In this document: positions 8,671 to 18,668 of the stretch, one piece after another
Layout of the letters: every line of letters begins with the position of its first letter
Position numbering within the stretch: the stretch's first letter is position 1
Origin: Flammeovirgaceae bacterium
GTDB taxonomy: Bacteria; Bacteroidota; Bacteroidia; Cytophagales; Cyclobacteriaceae
Assembly (NCBI GenBank): GCA_024638265.1
Contig: JAHEKQ010000011.1
Span: 1,333-65,332 of the forward strand
DNA length: 64,000 bases
Direction: 5' to 3'
Notes under the pieces: generated by a model
Databases searched by the model: none
What the model saw: only the letters and a program-made list of their open reading frames with translations
Told to the model about the DNA's origin: nothing
Program-made: the position numbers and the translations under genes

Positions 8671-10833
8671 ATGGCAAATTTACGTTACCGCGCATTAGCT
8701 GACGCTTATAACCGCAAAAAGGTAAGACCCCAGCCCCCCTCCAGTCAAATCTCGGATTACTTCGGGTGCGACGTCTTCGGTGATAATGAAATGAAAGGAC
8801 TTTTGTCACCCGACACCTATAAGGTAGTAAAGAAGAGTATTCAAAAAGGTCTGAAAGTCGATCCTGAAACTGCAGATGCAGTGGCCGCAGCAGCAAAAAC
8901 ATGGGCAATGTCCAAAGGGGCTACCCATTACACCCACTGGTTTCAACCATTGACCGGCTCTACAGCGGAGAAACATGACAGTTTCTTCGATGCGGGATCA
9001 GGAATTGAAAAATTTAAGGGAAGTGCCCTTGTTCAGCAGGAACCCGATGCTTCAAGCTTTCCCAGCGGAGGTATAAGAAGTACTTTTGAAGCGAGAGGAT
9101 ACACTGCCTGGGATCCAAGCTCACCCATGTTTGTGCATGGGGTAACACTTTGTGTCCCTACAATATTCGTTTCCTACACCGGGGAGGCATTGGATTACAA
9201 AGCTCCGTTGCTCAAGGCGGTTCAGGCAATAGATGACGCTGCGACAAAGGTCTGCCAGATATTTGACAGGAAAGTAACAAACGTAAAGGCTTCACTAGGC
9301 TGTGAGCAGGAATATTTCGTCGTTGACAAGGCTCTTTTCAACGCACGCCCTGACCTGGTACTTGCCGGCAGGACTGTGTTTGGTCATGCACCTGCCAGGG
9401 GTCAGCAACTCGATGATCACTATTTCGGTTCAATTCCTGCCAGGATCTACGATTTCATGCAGGATTTTGAAGCTGAAGCACTAAAAGTTGGAATTCCTGT
9501 TAGTACACGTCACAACGAAGTAGCTCCCAGCCAGTTTGAGGTAGCACCACTTTTTGAAGATATAAATGTGGCTGTTGACCACAACCAGCTTCTTATGGAT
9601 ATCATGCCCAGGGTGGCAGAGCGACATAATTTGAAAGTGTCTTTTCACGAAAAACCATTTGCCGAACTAAACGGTACAGGAAAACACAATAACTGGTCAT
9701 TGATCACCAATACCGGGGTCAATTTATTCCAGCCCAGCAGCAGTGCCAGGGAGAATCTCGTATTCCTGACCTTCTTTGTAAATACCATTAAGGCGGTTTA
9801 TGAGCATGCAGACCTTTTAAGAGCTAGTATCGCATCGGCTGGTAATGACCACCGACTCGGTGCCAACGAAGCTCCCCCTGCCATTGTATCTATTTTCATT
9901 GGCAGCCAGCTTACCGAGGTACTTAATGAACTTGAAAACAAAGGAAATATCAAACTCGAGAAAGGGGACAATATGTACATGAAACTCGGGATAGACAAGA
10001 TTCCCGAAATCATGCTGGACAACACCGATAGGAACAGGACTTCTCCTTTTGCCTTTACCGGCAATAAGTTTGAATTCAGGGCTGTAGGGGGAAGTGACAA
10101 CTCTTCATCGCCTATGACCGTCCTCAACATGATCCTCGCCAACCAACTCAACCTGTTCCATGATGCCGTGAGCAAGGAAATAGAAAAGGGTACGGATAAG
10201 AGGATTGCCGTAGTTAATATCCTGAGAAAGTACATTAAGGAATCAAAGGGTATCCTTTTCGGTGGTGACGGTTATTCTGACGAGTGGGTTAAAGAAGCGG
10301 AAAAGCGTGGACTTTCCAACATTAAAGATACTCCCCGGGCTCTCAAGTCATATCTGTCCAAGGAGGCAGTTGCGCTATTTGAGAAAAACAATATCCTGAG
10401 TAAGAGGGAAATTGAAGCCAGGCAGGAAATCAAGCTGGAGGGATATATCATGAAGATCCAAATAGAGTCAAAAGTGATGGCTGATCTCGCTATGAACCAC
10501 ATTATACCCACTGCCATAGCCTACCAGAACAAACTTATCAACAACGCCAATGGGTTGAAAGGACTGGGACTGGAGAATAAGGAAGTTCTACAGACTATCC
10601 AGGATATCTCACATCATATCTCCACGGTTAAGAGTAATGTGAGATCCATGGCTGAAGAAAGGGATAGAATTGATCAACTGGGTGATACGCATAAGATGGC
10701 GGAGGAGTATTGTGATAATATAAAGGGTAAATACTTCGATATCATACGGAATGCAGTTGACAGCCTGGAACTCCTCGTCGATGATGAGGACTGGCCACTG
10801 GTCAAATACCGTGAAATGTTGTTTTTGAGATAG
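8671..10833 (+). CDS. glnN: Glutamine synthetase type III
   Basis: About 720 aa, the size and sequence style of GSIII (MANLRYRAL... N-terminus, catalytic core around HNEVAPSQFE). Followed by a strong hairpin terminator. Confidence 0.9.
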   Translation: MANLRYRALADAYNRKKVRPQPPSSQISDYFGCDVFGDNEMKGLLSPDTYKVVKKSIQKGLKVDPETADAVAAAAKTWAMSKGATHYTHWFQPLTGSTAEKHDSFFDAGSGIEKFKGSALVQQEPDASSFPSGGIRSTFEARGYTAWDPSSPMFVHGVTLCVPTIFVSYTGEALDYKAPLLKAVQAIDDAATKVCQIFDRKVTNVKASLGCEQEYFVVDKALFNARPDLVLAGRTVFGHAPARGQQLDDHYFGSIPARIYDFMQDFEAEALKVGIPVSTRHNEVAPSQFEVAPLFEDINVAVDHNQLLMDIMPRVAERHNLKVSFHEKPFAELNGTGKHNNWSLITNTGVNLFQPSSSARENLVFLTFFVNTIKAVYEHADLLRASIASAGNDHRLGANEAPPAIVSIFIGSQLTEVLNELENKGNIKLEKGDNMYMKLGIDKIPEIMLDNTDRNRTSPFAFTGNKFEFRAVGGSDNSSSPMTVLNMILANQLNLFHDAVSKEIEKGTDKRIAVVNILRKYIKESKGILFGGDGYSDEWVKEAEKRGLSNIKDTPRALKSYLSKEAVALFEKNNILSKREIEARQEIKLEGYIMKIQIESKVMADLAMNHIIPTAIAYQNKLINNANGLKGLGLENKEVLQTIQDISHHISTVKSNVRSMAEERDRIDQLGDTHKMAEEYCDNIKGKYFDIIRNAVDSLELLVDDEDWPLVKYREMLFLR

Positions 10834-10852
10834 TAAACATGAAGCGAAATCT

Positions 10853-10881
10853 AAAGGGCAGTGAATTCACTGCCCTTTTTT
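10853..10881 (+). terminator. Rho-independent terminator after glnN (also faces the priA 3' end)
   Basis: Stem aaagggcagtg / cactgcccttt with loop aatt, followed by a T-run. Confidence 0.75.
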
Positions 10882-10882
10882 A

Positions 10883-13372
10883 TTAATTGGGATCGACATC
10901 AAACTGGATCCTGCTTCCCCGATGGTCTTTATAGGCGATGAGATGGTCTGACACCTCCCTAATCTGAGCTTTAATCTGCTTGAAGTTTGAAATATTCTTT
11001 TCGAGCTTAACCAATACATCCATCAGGTACATGTTTCTGATCTTGAAGATCATAGGTTCCTCAGGTCCCAATACCCGTTCCTTACCCAGGTGCTTTCTAA
11101 GACTATCGGCCAATAATTTCGATGTTTCGCGCACCCCCTCCTGGTCCTTGTTTTTAACGGTAATGCGAATCAGTCGCGTGAATGGGGGATATCGGTGAAT
11201 GTCGCGTTCCACCGCTTCGGAGCTATAGAAACCCTCATAGTCATTCTGCTTGATCAGTTGGATGATTGGCTGGTTCGGATTACGAGTCTGAACCACCACA
11301 TGGCCCGGTTTATCCCTTCTGCCGGCACGGCCACTGACCTGTACTGTCAGGTGGAAGGTGCGTTCATGAGACCTGAAATCCGGAAAGTGCAGCATTCGGT
11401 CCAGGTCAACCACTCCCACCAAGCTTACGTGGTCAAAATCCAGTCCCTTGCTCAACATTTGCGTTCCCACGAGAATATCAATCTTGCTATTCTCGAAATC
11501 CCGGATGAGGTTTTCATAACTCATTTTTGAACGCGTAGTATCCAGGTCCATGCGCCTAACTACCGCCTCCGGAAACAGCAATGATAATTCCTCCTCGAGT
11601 TTCTCGGTACCGAATCCTACCGTTTTAATCCTGACTGAACCGCAGGAAGGACAACTCGTCGCCACAGGTTCCCGGTACCCACATATATGGCATTTGAGCT
11701 CTTTGCGATATTGGTGATAGGTAAGGCTGACGGAACATTGTACACATTTCGGTACCCAGGCACAATCCTCACACTCCAAATGAGGTGCATAACCTCGCCT
11801 GTTCTGAAAAATGATCGCTTGTTCCTTGCGACTCAGTGCTTCGGTAATTCGGTCGATCAGAACGTTCGAGAATTCCCCTTTGACTTTTCTCCTTTTCCTC
11901 TCCGATTGAATATCGACAATCTCAAATTCAGGAAGGTTCGCCTTTCCATAACGCTTGTCCAGCTTGACCAACCCGTACTTTCCCGTCTTGGCATTATACA
12001 TACTCTCCAGCGAGGGGGTCGCTGAACCGAGTAATACCCTTGCCTTATGCAAATGTGCAAGCATAATTGCTACGTCGCGGCCATGGTAGCGGGGTGACGG
12101 ACTGAATTGCTTATAAGAAGACTCATGTTCTTCATCAATGATGATCAAACCCAGATTATCGAAAGGGAGAAAAAGTGACGACCTAACCCCTACGATTAAC
12201 CGTACATCTTCATTGGTCACGGCATTCCAGACTTCCACCCGCTCATTGTCAGAGAAACGGGAATGATAAACTCCGAGGTTATCACCAAAACTCTTTTTGA
12301 GCCGGTTTACGATCTGCGCCGTCAGGGCAATTTCGGGAAGCAGGTATAATACCTGTTGACCGTTTTCCAAAGCCTTCGCTATGAGGTCAATATAAATTTC
12401 AGTCTTACCACTGCCGGTTACGCCATGGAGAAGTACGGGCTTACTTTTCTCAAAATGTTCAAGAATCTCATTTCTTCTCTGCTCCTGGTATTCAGACAAT
12501 TGTACTTCGGTCATCTCGCCTCCCCAATGGAACCTGGGAACCTGGAATAATTCCTCAACGAATATGTCATTATTCACCAATGTTTTTAGTGAAGAAGGAC
12601 TGAGATCTGATCTCCTAAAGCTTTTCTTAGGTACAGGTGGGTATTCTCCATGGTCGGCCTGTTGTAAATAGTGAAGGAGAACTGCCTCCTGTTTGGGTTG
12701 GCTGGAAAGTTTATCAAAGAGCTCCCGGAGGGCTTCTTCAGATCGATAGGCCTTCGCGAGGCTAATCCTCTTTTCTGTTTTAGGCACGTATTTATCTTTT
12801 ACCTCCTCGAATAAAAGGATGGCGCCTTTTCCAATCAGGGATTTCAGGACCGAATAAATGTTTTTAATCCCGAGGATATCGGAAATATCGCCGTAACTCA
12901 GGACGTTATTGTTTTCCAGAGATTCGAGTAAAGTAGCTTCTCCCGTCGTCAGCTCAGAATCTCCTTCCTCCCAGTCTGGGTGTTTCTGAACTTTAGATTC
13001 GCTCGACAGTTTCAATCCTGACGGAATAAAGGCATTGAGTACCTCACCGGGATAACTCATGTAGTAGCCAGCCATCCAATTGAGCAAATCGAATTGTAGG
13101 TCGTTAATTACCGGTTCTTCATCAAGGATTTCAAGAATCAATTTTGCCTGGTGAGCAGTTGGAGGGTTTTGATGGATTTGATCAATAATCCCCGTATAGA
13201 TCTTTCGCTTACCAAATTGTACAATTACGCGGCCGCCCCTTCGTACCCTTTCGTTCATGGAATAGGGCACACGATAGGTATATCTCCTGGGGATGGGGAG
13301 AGGCAATAGTACTTCCGCAAAGAAAGTTACTCTTTCAGTGTGGTCCGTTTCCTGGAGATCTAGCTGGGACAA
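10883..13372 (-). CDS. priA: Primosomal replication restart helicase PriA
   Basis: Walker A GVTGSGKT, DEEH box IIDEEHE, and a Cys-rich zinc-binding insert (CEDCAWVPKCVQC...CHICGY...CPSCGS). Only a TTG start (13372) precedes the conserved N-terminus. Confidence 0.9.
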   Translation of the reverse strand: MSQLDLQETDHTERVTFFAEVLLPLPIPRRYTYRVPYSMNERVRRGGRVIVQFGKRKIYTGIIDQIHQNPPTAHQAKLILEILDEEPVINDLQFDLLNWMAGYYMSYPGEVLNAFIPSGLKLSSESKVQKHPDWEEGDSELTTGEATLLESLENNNVLSYGDISDILGIKNIYSVLKSLIGKGAILLFEEVKDKYVPKTEKRISLAKAYRSEEALRELFDKLSSQPKQEAVLLHYLQQADHGEYPPVPKKSFRRSDLSPSSLKTLVNNDIFVEELFQVPRFHWGGEMTEVQLSEYQEQRRNEILEHFEKSKPVLLHGVTGSGKTEIYIDLIAKALENGQQVLYLLPEIALTAQIVNRLKKSFGDNLGVYHSRFSDNERVEVWNAVTNEDVRLIVGVRSSLFLPFDNLGLIIIDEEHESSYKQFSPSPRYHGRDVAIMLAHLHKARVLLGSATPSLESMYNAKTGKYGLVKLDKRYGKANLPEFEIVDIQSERKRRKVKGEFSNVLIDRITEALSRKEQAIIFQNRRGYAPHLECEDCAWVPKCVQCSVSLTYHQYRKELKCHICGYREPVATSCPSCGSVRIKTVGFGTEKLEEELSLLFPEAVVRRMDLDTTRSKMSYENLIRDFENSKIDILVGTQMLSKGLDFDHVSLVGVVDLDRMLHFPDFRSHERTFHLTVQVSGRAGRRDKPGHVVVQTRNPNQPIIQLIKQNDYEGFYSSEAVERDIHRYPPFTRLIRITVKNKDQEGVRETSKLLADSLRKHLGKERVLGPEEPMIFKIRNMYLMDVLVKLEKNISNFKQIKAQIREVSDHLIAYKDHRGSRIQFDVDPN

Positions 13373-13376
13373 TACC

Positions 13377-15497
13377 TTATTCTAATTGCTTAATGGCATC
13401 TGCCACGGTTGTTACCGGCAATTTACAGGCTTTATTGTAACAAACATAAACCGTCGTTTCACCCTTTCTCGCTGACCTCCCTTCAAATAAAGGAAGACTA
13501 CTCTCCACTTCTGTAGCCATAACTATACTGTTGGGGATGTACCGGTAGGAAATATCACTGGCAAACTCCTTGTATTCAGGCCCGACGATCACAATCTCAG
13601 CAGTTGGATTGGATTTCATTAGATAAAGTGATGCCCAATGACTCATATAGGAAGGTTCCTGCTTAACCAGTTGTGTGACCTGGCGAAGCATGTCTTCCGA
13701 TAATTGGGTGTACTCCTTTTTATCCAGGATCAAACCCAATAAATGTAAATTGATCGCCATTTGAGAATTGGATGAGGGAATGACGTTATCGAATAATTCT
13801 TTTTTCCTCGCAATGAGCTTTTCGGAATGCTCAGAAGTATAGAAAAAGAGCTTTTCGGAGTCATCATAAAAATTGCTTATCACTGCTTCGGTCAATTTTC
13901 CTGCTTCCCTTAGCCATTCCTCGTCAAATGTTGCCTCATAAAGTGAGATAAAAGCCCTGATAGTAAAAGCATAATCTTCCAGGTAGGCATTTATTCTGCT
14001 CTGCCCGTCCTTGTAGGTCCGGAGGAGTTGACCATCCTTTAGCTGGTTTTGCCTTATGAAGTCACCGTTCCTGGTTGCAAGATCCAGGAATGATTCATCC
14101 CCGAAGGCTTTATACGCTTCCACCAAGCCCGTAATAACCATTGCATTCCAACCTGTCAACACTTTATCGTCGAGTCCCGGCCGGATCCGGTTATTCCTTA
14201 TGTTCAGCAAGGTCCGGTTCCATTCTTTAAGTTTTTTATCAAATTCAGCAGGATCAATATTCCTATTGCCGGCAAAAGAAGATGCTGACTGGGACTTATG
14301 AAGTATGTTATTCCCATTCTCCCAATTTCCTCCCGATTTTACATTGTAGAAATCCCCATACCATTCAAAATCTTCACCGGTAAGTTCCCTTAATTGCTCT
14401 GCTTTCCACACGTAGAATTTACCTTCTTCTCCCTCACTGTCTGCGTCCAATGCTGAATAAAAACCACCCTCCGCATTCAACATTTCATTTTTTAACCATT
14501 CCACCGTTTGATACACTACTTCCTTAAAGGATTCATTACCAGAACTTTTAAAGGCCCTGGAGTACAATGTTAGCAACTGGCCATTATCATAGAGCATTTT
14601 CTCGAAATGAGGTGCAAACCAGCGGCCATCCACGGAATATCTTGCAAATCCTCCTCCCAGTTGGTCGTAAATTCCTCCCATAGCCATTTTATCCAATGTA
14701 AAATGAACATGTTCCAGTGCGTCAGAATCACCCGTTATCATTGCGTACTCGAGCAAGAACAACCAGTCAGAGGGCAATGGGAATTTTGGTGCCCTGTTAA
14801 ATCCTCCATTTTCCTTATCAAATTTTGAAGAGAGCTTTTCAATTGCCTGTTCGAGGGTATCCACATCAAAAGGGCTTACATCAAATTCCAGACGAAGCCT
14901 GTCAACATCACTTCGATTGAGACTGTTCACAAATCCATCGGCCGCTTTTTCAATATCCTCTCTTTTCTCTTCAAAGGAGCGTGCTATGGATTCCAGTAAT
15001 CGAGCCCAGCGCTCAGGAGGAAAGTAGGTCCCACCATAGAATGGTTTCTGATCCGGGGTAAGAAATACATTAAGAGGCCAACCCCCATTGATGCCCATTG
15101 TTTGTACGGCATCCATATAGATCTGATCAATGTCAGGCCGTTCCTCCCGGTCCACCTTAATATTCACAAAATGCTGATTCATGATGGCAGCGATCGAGTC
15201 ATTCTCAAATGACTCCCTTTCCATGACATGACACCAGTGGCATGAACTGTATCCAATACTGACCAGGATTACCTTATCTTCCTCTTTGGCTTTGTTCAGA
15301 GCCTCCTCCCCCCAGGGGTACCATTCCACCGGGTTGTGGGCATGTTGCAACAGGTAAGGACTCGTCGAATTGATCAGATGGTTTGATTCGAGGGGTTCAC
15401 TCATGGTTTCAGATCTTTTTTCAGGTGTACATTGGCAAAACAACCCCACCAACAAAACAATTAAGCAGAGGGTTCTCCTATTTTTCAGTATGATCAA
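13377..15497 (-). CDS. Thioredoxin-domain protein (DUF255/YyaL family) with a C-terminal alpha/alpha-barrel-like region
   Basis: N-terminal thioredoxin-like CxxC ([14 protein letters not shown]) and the roughly 700 aa length typical of the family. Start is uncertain: TTG at 15530, TTG at 15497 (gives signal peptide [21 protein letters not shown]), or ATG at 15404. Confidence 0.75.
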   Translation of the reverse strand: MIILKNRRTLCLIVLLVGLFCQCTPEKRSETMSEPLESNHLINSTSPYLLQHAHNPVEWYPWGEEALNKAKEEDKVILVSIGYSSCHWCHVMERESFENDSIAAIMNQHFVNIKVDREERPDIDQIYMDAVQTMGINGGWPLNVFLTPDQKPFYGGTYFPPERWARLLESIARSFEEKREDIEKAADGFVNSLNRSDVDRLRLEFDVSPFDVDTLEQAIEKLSSKFDKENGGFNRAPKFPLPSDWLFLLEYAMITGDSDALEHVHFTLDKMAMGGIYDQLGGGFARYSVDGRWFAPHFEKMLYDNGQLLTLYSRAFKSSGNESFKEVVYQTVEWLKNEMLNAEGGFYSALDADSEGEEGKFYVWKAEQLRELTGEDFEWYGDFYNVKSGGNWENGNNILHKSQSASSFAGNRNIDPAEFDKKLKEWNRTLLNIRNNRIRPGLDDKVLTGWNAMVITGLVEAYKAFGDESFLDLATRNGDFIRQNQLKDGQLLRTYKDGQSRINAYLEDYAFTIRAFISLYEATFDEEWLREAGKLTEAVISNFYDDSEKLFFYTSEHSEKLIARKKELFDNVIPSSNSQMAINLHLLGLILDKKEYTQLSEDMLRQVTQLVKQEPSYMSHWASLYLMKSNPTAEIVIVGPEYKEFASDISYRYIPNSIVMATEVESSLPLFEGRSARKGETTVYVCYNKACKLPVTTVADAIKQLE

Positions 15498-16467
15498 TTT
15501 TGTTTTCAAGCTCACTGATCTCTTTGTCAAAGTTCAACTTTTCTCCCAGTGATCTCAATTTCTTTAAGGTCTGTTTTAAAAATTTATGGTATGCCGCAGA
15601 ATCGGGCTGAAAAGGCCGGTGATCCAAAGCGCTAATGGCTGATTCTACCTCTTGATTTAAGGCTTGCGTTGAATCGGTGAAGTATCGCTTGGAAAAAGAT
15701 TGCCAGATATATTCAACGGCTTCCGACGATGGGTGAATCATGTCCCGTTGGTAAAAACGGTAATCCCGGAGGTCATCGAGTGTAATTTCGTAAGACGGAA
15801 AATACTCAACAAAATTAAGGTCCTCTTCCAGGTAATGACAGGCAATCCTTAAAATCGATTTACTGACCTGGTTTTCAGGAATACCGTCCTTCAAGTGTCT
15901 TACCGGGCTCACGGTCAATATTATTTTCAAACCGGGATTAAATTCCCTTAATCTTTTCAGACAGTCCTCCAGCGGCCTTATGACTTCCCTGGGATTCAAA
16001 AGTTCCTTGCGAAATTCATTATTGGGTATTTTGTGGCAATTGGCTACCAGTTCATCGCTTTTCAAATACCTGTAAACCCAGGAAGTGCCCAGTGTAATGA
16101 CCAGGTATTGAGCCTTGCCAAGAAATTGATGGACCTCTTCCATTCTTTGGTTGATCTTTTCCTCGATCTGAGTACGATCTAATGCCATGAACTCACTATG
16201 AAAATGAAAGTTCACCCAGCTTTCTCCCGAAAGCGTATAGCCATCTTTGGGGGACTCGTTACTAATCGCCCAATCGAGCAACCTGACTATGGATACGGGA
16301 TTATAGACTGTTCCAAAAGGATTGACCATCGTCTCAAACTTATGAGTCGACAGAACCCGGCCGATTTCGTCCGAAAAACAGGAGCCTAAGGTGAGAATCT
16401 GATCGCTGTGATCAATTTTCCATTGAGAGGGTGTAACTGCTAATATGGTCCTGAAATCCTGTGTCAT
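15478..16467 (-). CDS. GSCFA-family protein
   Basis: Contains the eponymous GSCF motif ([13 protein letters not shown]) near the N-terminus; 329 aa. Confidence 0.8.
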   Translation of the reverse strand: MTQDFRTILAVTPSQWKIDHSDQILTLGSCFSDEIGRVLSTHKFETMVNPFGTVYNPVSIVRLLDWAISNESPKDGYTLSGESWVNFHFHSEFMALDRTQIEEKINQRMEEVHQFLGKAQYLVITLGTSWVYRYLKSDELVANCHKIPNNEFRKELLNPREVIRPLEDCLKRLREFNPGLKIILTVSPVRHLKDGIPENQVSKSILRIACHYLEEDLNFVEYFPSYEITLDDLRDYRFYQRDMIHPSSEAVEYIWQSFSKRYFTDSTQALNQEVESAISALDHRPFQPDSAAYHKFLKQTLKKLRSLGEKLNFDKEISELENKIDHTEK

Positions 16468-16484
16468 TTCACTCTACAAGGTAA

Positions 16485-16516
16485 ATAAAAAAAAGCCACA
16501 GGATAGTTCCCGTGGC
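16485..16516 (-). terminator. Rho-independent terminator after rplI
   Basis: On the - strand, hairpin gccacggg...cctgtggc followed by a run of 8 U (A-run 16487-16494 on the + strand). Confidence 0.7.
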
Positions 16517-16543
16517 TCTTTGCTGCAAATGAAAGGGTGTTGC

Positions 16544-16987
16544 TTATTCAGCTACAACTTTCAATGCGATAGTGTGCTTAACTTCCTTGTGCAGATCAAG
16601 TTCCACCTCGTAATCACCGAGATTTTTTACCTGACCTTTGAAGCTTATTATACGTTTATCGATGTCAAAACCTCGATCCTTCAAGGCATCAGCCACCTGT
16701 GTGTTGGTGATAGCACCGAAAATCTTGCCGCTTTCGCCGGCCTTTGTTCCGATCTCCAAAACGAGATCTCCGATACCATCGGCAATTGCCTGTGCATCAT
16801 TCTTGACCTTCTCAGCCTTGTGAGAGGCCTGGCGAATGTTCTCTTCGACCATTTTAACATTGGACTTGCTGGCTACTATAGCCAGTCCACGGGGGATAAG
16901 GAAATTGCGCCCGTATCCGGGTTTTACATCTACCTTATCATACTTGTATCCCAGTCCCCTGATATCTTCCTTAAGTATTACTTCCAT
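16544..16987 (-). CDS. rplI: 50S ribosomal protein L9
   Basis: MEVILKEDIRGLGYKYD... is a typical L9 N-terminus. Last gene of rpsF-rpsR-rplI. Confidence 0.95.
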   Translation of the reverse strand: MEVILKEDIRGLGYKYDKVDVKPGYGRNFLIPRGLAIVASKSNVKMVEENIRQASHKAEKVKNDAQAIADGIGDLVLEIGTKAGESGKIFGAITNTQVADALKDRGFDIDKRIISFKGQVKNLGDYEVELDLHKEVKHTIALKVVAE

Positions 16988-16995
16988 GACTGAAA

Positions 16996-17247
16996 TTATT
17001 TAAGGGAATCTCCCACATAGGGAAGGATTGCCAAATGCCTGGCCCTCTTGATGGCCTGAGTAACTTTTTTCTGGTACTTCACTGAAGTTCCCGTTATCCT
17101 TCTGGGAAGGATCTTGCCCTGCTCGTTGACAAACTTCATCAGGAAGTCAGGGTTTTTGTAATCGATATACTTGATGCCGTTCTTCTTGAAGCGGCAATAT
17201 TTCACACGGGGTTTATCCCGGTTGATGGGTTCGTTTACTAATGTCAT
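16996..17247 (-). CDS. rpsR: 30S ribosomal protein S18
   Basis: 83 aa with conserved YIDYKN...LPRRITG. ATGA overlap with rpsF. Confidence 0.95.
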   Translation of the reverse strand: MTLVNEPINRDKPRVKYCRFKKNGIKYIDYKNPDFLMKFVNEQGKILPRRITGTSVKYQKKVTQAIKRARHLAILPYVGDSLK

Positions 17248-17606
17248 ACTTTAGCCTCCTCCTTGGACTCAGTCTTATTAAATGCTCCTTTTCTTCTTCG
17301 TTCGTTGTAGATCACCGCATGCTTATCAAGGGCAGTGGTCAGGAAGCGCATAACAGCTTCTTCCCTACGATACTCCGTTTCAAGTGTCCGGATCAGAGAG
17401 GGTTCTGCAGCAAATTCGATGAGATTATAGAAACCGGTGGATTTGTGCTGTATCGGATATGCCAGCTTTTTCAAGCCCCACATTTCCTTGTTTGTGATGT
17501 CAGCACCACCGTCTTCCAAAATCTTTACGAACTTCTGGACAGTATCCTTCATCTGTTCTTCAGACAAAACGGGAGTTAAAATGAATACCGTCTCGTAATT
17601 CTTCAT
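17244..17606 (-). CDS. rpsF: 30S ribosomal protein S6
   Basis: [12 protein letters not shown]... is a typical S6 N-terminus; 120 aa. Confidence 0.95.
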   Translation of the reverse strand: MKNYETVFILTPVLSEEQMKDTVQKFVKILEDGGADITNKEMWGLKKLAYPIQHKSTGFYNLIEFAAEPSLIRTLETEYRREEAVMRFLTTALDKHAVIYNERRRKGAFNKTESKEEAKV

Positions 17607-17631
17607 AAAAATTCGTTTTTAAAAATGAACC

Positions 17632-17639
17632 GCAAAGGT
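17632..17639 (-). promoter_or_regulatory. Candidate -7 promoter box (TACCTTTG) for rpsF-rpsR-rplI
   Basis: Match to TAnnTTTG, 25 nt upstream of the rpsF ATG. Confidence 0.5.
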
Positions 17640-17663
17640 ACGTGATTATTTAAATTTTTCAAA

Positions 17664-18611
17664 CTAGCGGATCACGAACTCACCGGACCCCATCAGGTAC
17701 TCATCGGTGTAAATCTCGACCCGGTAGCTGCCGGCTTCATAATCGGTACCCTTGTTGTAGAGGAAGGTCAATTCCTGTTGTGAATTATCGAAGAGAATCT
17801 CCTGTTTGGCCGTAAAAAATTCCTCCCGTCCATCCAGCATGAATGTACCGGAGCCCTTGGTTACATCAAAAATGACATTGTTCTGGGGATCCATAATCCT
17901 GATCATAATATCCTTGGCCTCTATGGGAGCGACTTCATTCTCGGCAATATTAAATACCACTTTGAGTTGGTTGACCTGGCGGGCACGGAATGGTGATTCC
18001 CTTTCACGTCCACGACTGCTTACGGCAGTTATGCGCACACCTTCTGCCCTTAACTCGCTGGCAATCTCTATTTTACCTTCCAATTCGGACTTTGACTTGT
18101 TGAGTTCCGTTATAGCACGACTTAGCTCATTTTTCTCAGTTTTCAGGTCTGTATTCTCCGAGAAGAGCTGTTCATTTATGGCTTTAAGCCTCACAATTTC
18201 CTTATCCTTTTGTTCCAGCAATTCCTGGAACCCATCTACTTTACCGCGCAGGGAATTAATCGTCCTGCGATTGGCAGTCCGGGTGTTTGACAGCAATTGT
18301 TCAACCTCTTTTTTAGCCAATACAAGGCTGTCAATATTTCCCCCGAGTTCTTCAATGGTAACAATCTTCTCGTCCAGCTCAGTCCTGATATCACTCAGCT
18401 CCTGCATCGCAGTTGCGAGTTCGCGCTGTTCCTCTTTATATTGCTCCTCCAGCTCGATCTTTTCCTGCCTGTCGAGGAATATTTTGACAAACTGTGCGAT
18501 CACAAGCATAGCCAGAAAACCTATTATGATCGCGATAACCCAAGTGGTTCTCTTCTTATTTTTTTTAGGCTCCTGAGCCTTTGTATCTCCTTTTTTCTGA
18601 GATTCTGCCAT
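17664..18611 (-). CDS. Membrane-anchored coiled-coil protein of unknown function
   Basis: From the ATG at 18611: basic N-terminus, one TM helix (WVIAIIIGFLAMLVIAQFV), about 170 aa of heptad-rich coiled coil, then a roughly 120 aa beta-rich C-terminal domain. The longer track ORF (to 18719) would overlap the divergent methyltransferase. Confidence 0.6.
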   Translation of the reverse strand: MAESQKKGDTKAQEPKKNKKRTTWVIAIIIGFLAMLVIAQFVKIFLDRQEKIELEEQYKEEQRELATAMQELSDIRTELDEKIVTIEELGGNIDSLVLAKKEVEQLLSNTRTANRRTINSLRGKVDGFQELLEQKDKEIVRLKAINEQLFSENTDLKTEKNELSRAITELNKSKSELEGKIEIASELRAEGVRITAVSSRGRERESPFRARQVNQLKVVFNIAENEVAPIEAKDIMIRIMDPQNNVIFDVTKGSGTFMLDGREEFFTAKQEILFDNSQQELTFLYNKGTDYEAGSYRVEIYTDEYLMGSGEFVIR

Positions 18612-18630
18612 TTCTGCTTTATTTCTCCTG

Positions 18631-18638
18631 CAAAAGTA
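18631..18638 (-). promoter_or_regulatory. Candidate -7 promoter box (TACTTTTG) for the coiled-coil gene
   Basis: Match to TAnnTTTG, 19 nt upstream of the ATG at 18611; supports that start. Confidence 0.4.
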
Positions 18639-18668
18639 ACAATTTTTGATTTCCTGAATGAATTTCAC

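Noticed and set aside
16445-16993. 182 aa + strand ORF overlapping rplI
   Set aside because: It is antisense to an unmistakable L9 gene and has no recognisable features.
17806-18576. 256 aa + strand ORF antisense to the coiled-coil gene
   Set aside because: It has Ser/Leu-rich low-complexity sequence typical of the antisense frame of E/K/L-rich coiled-coil coding DNA, and no independent signals.
18297-18668. The long N-terminal extension of the TPMT-like ORF (318 aa in the track)
   Set aside because: It starts at TTG, is antisense to the coiled-coil gene, is low complexity (L/F/S rich), and precedes the conserved TPMT N-terminus by more than 120 codons.
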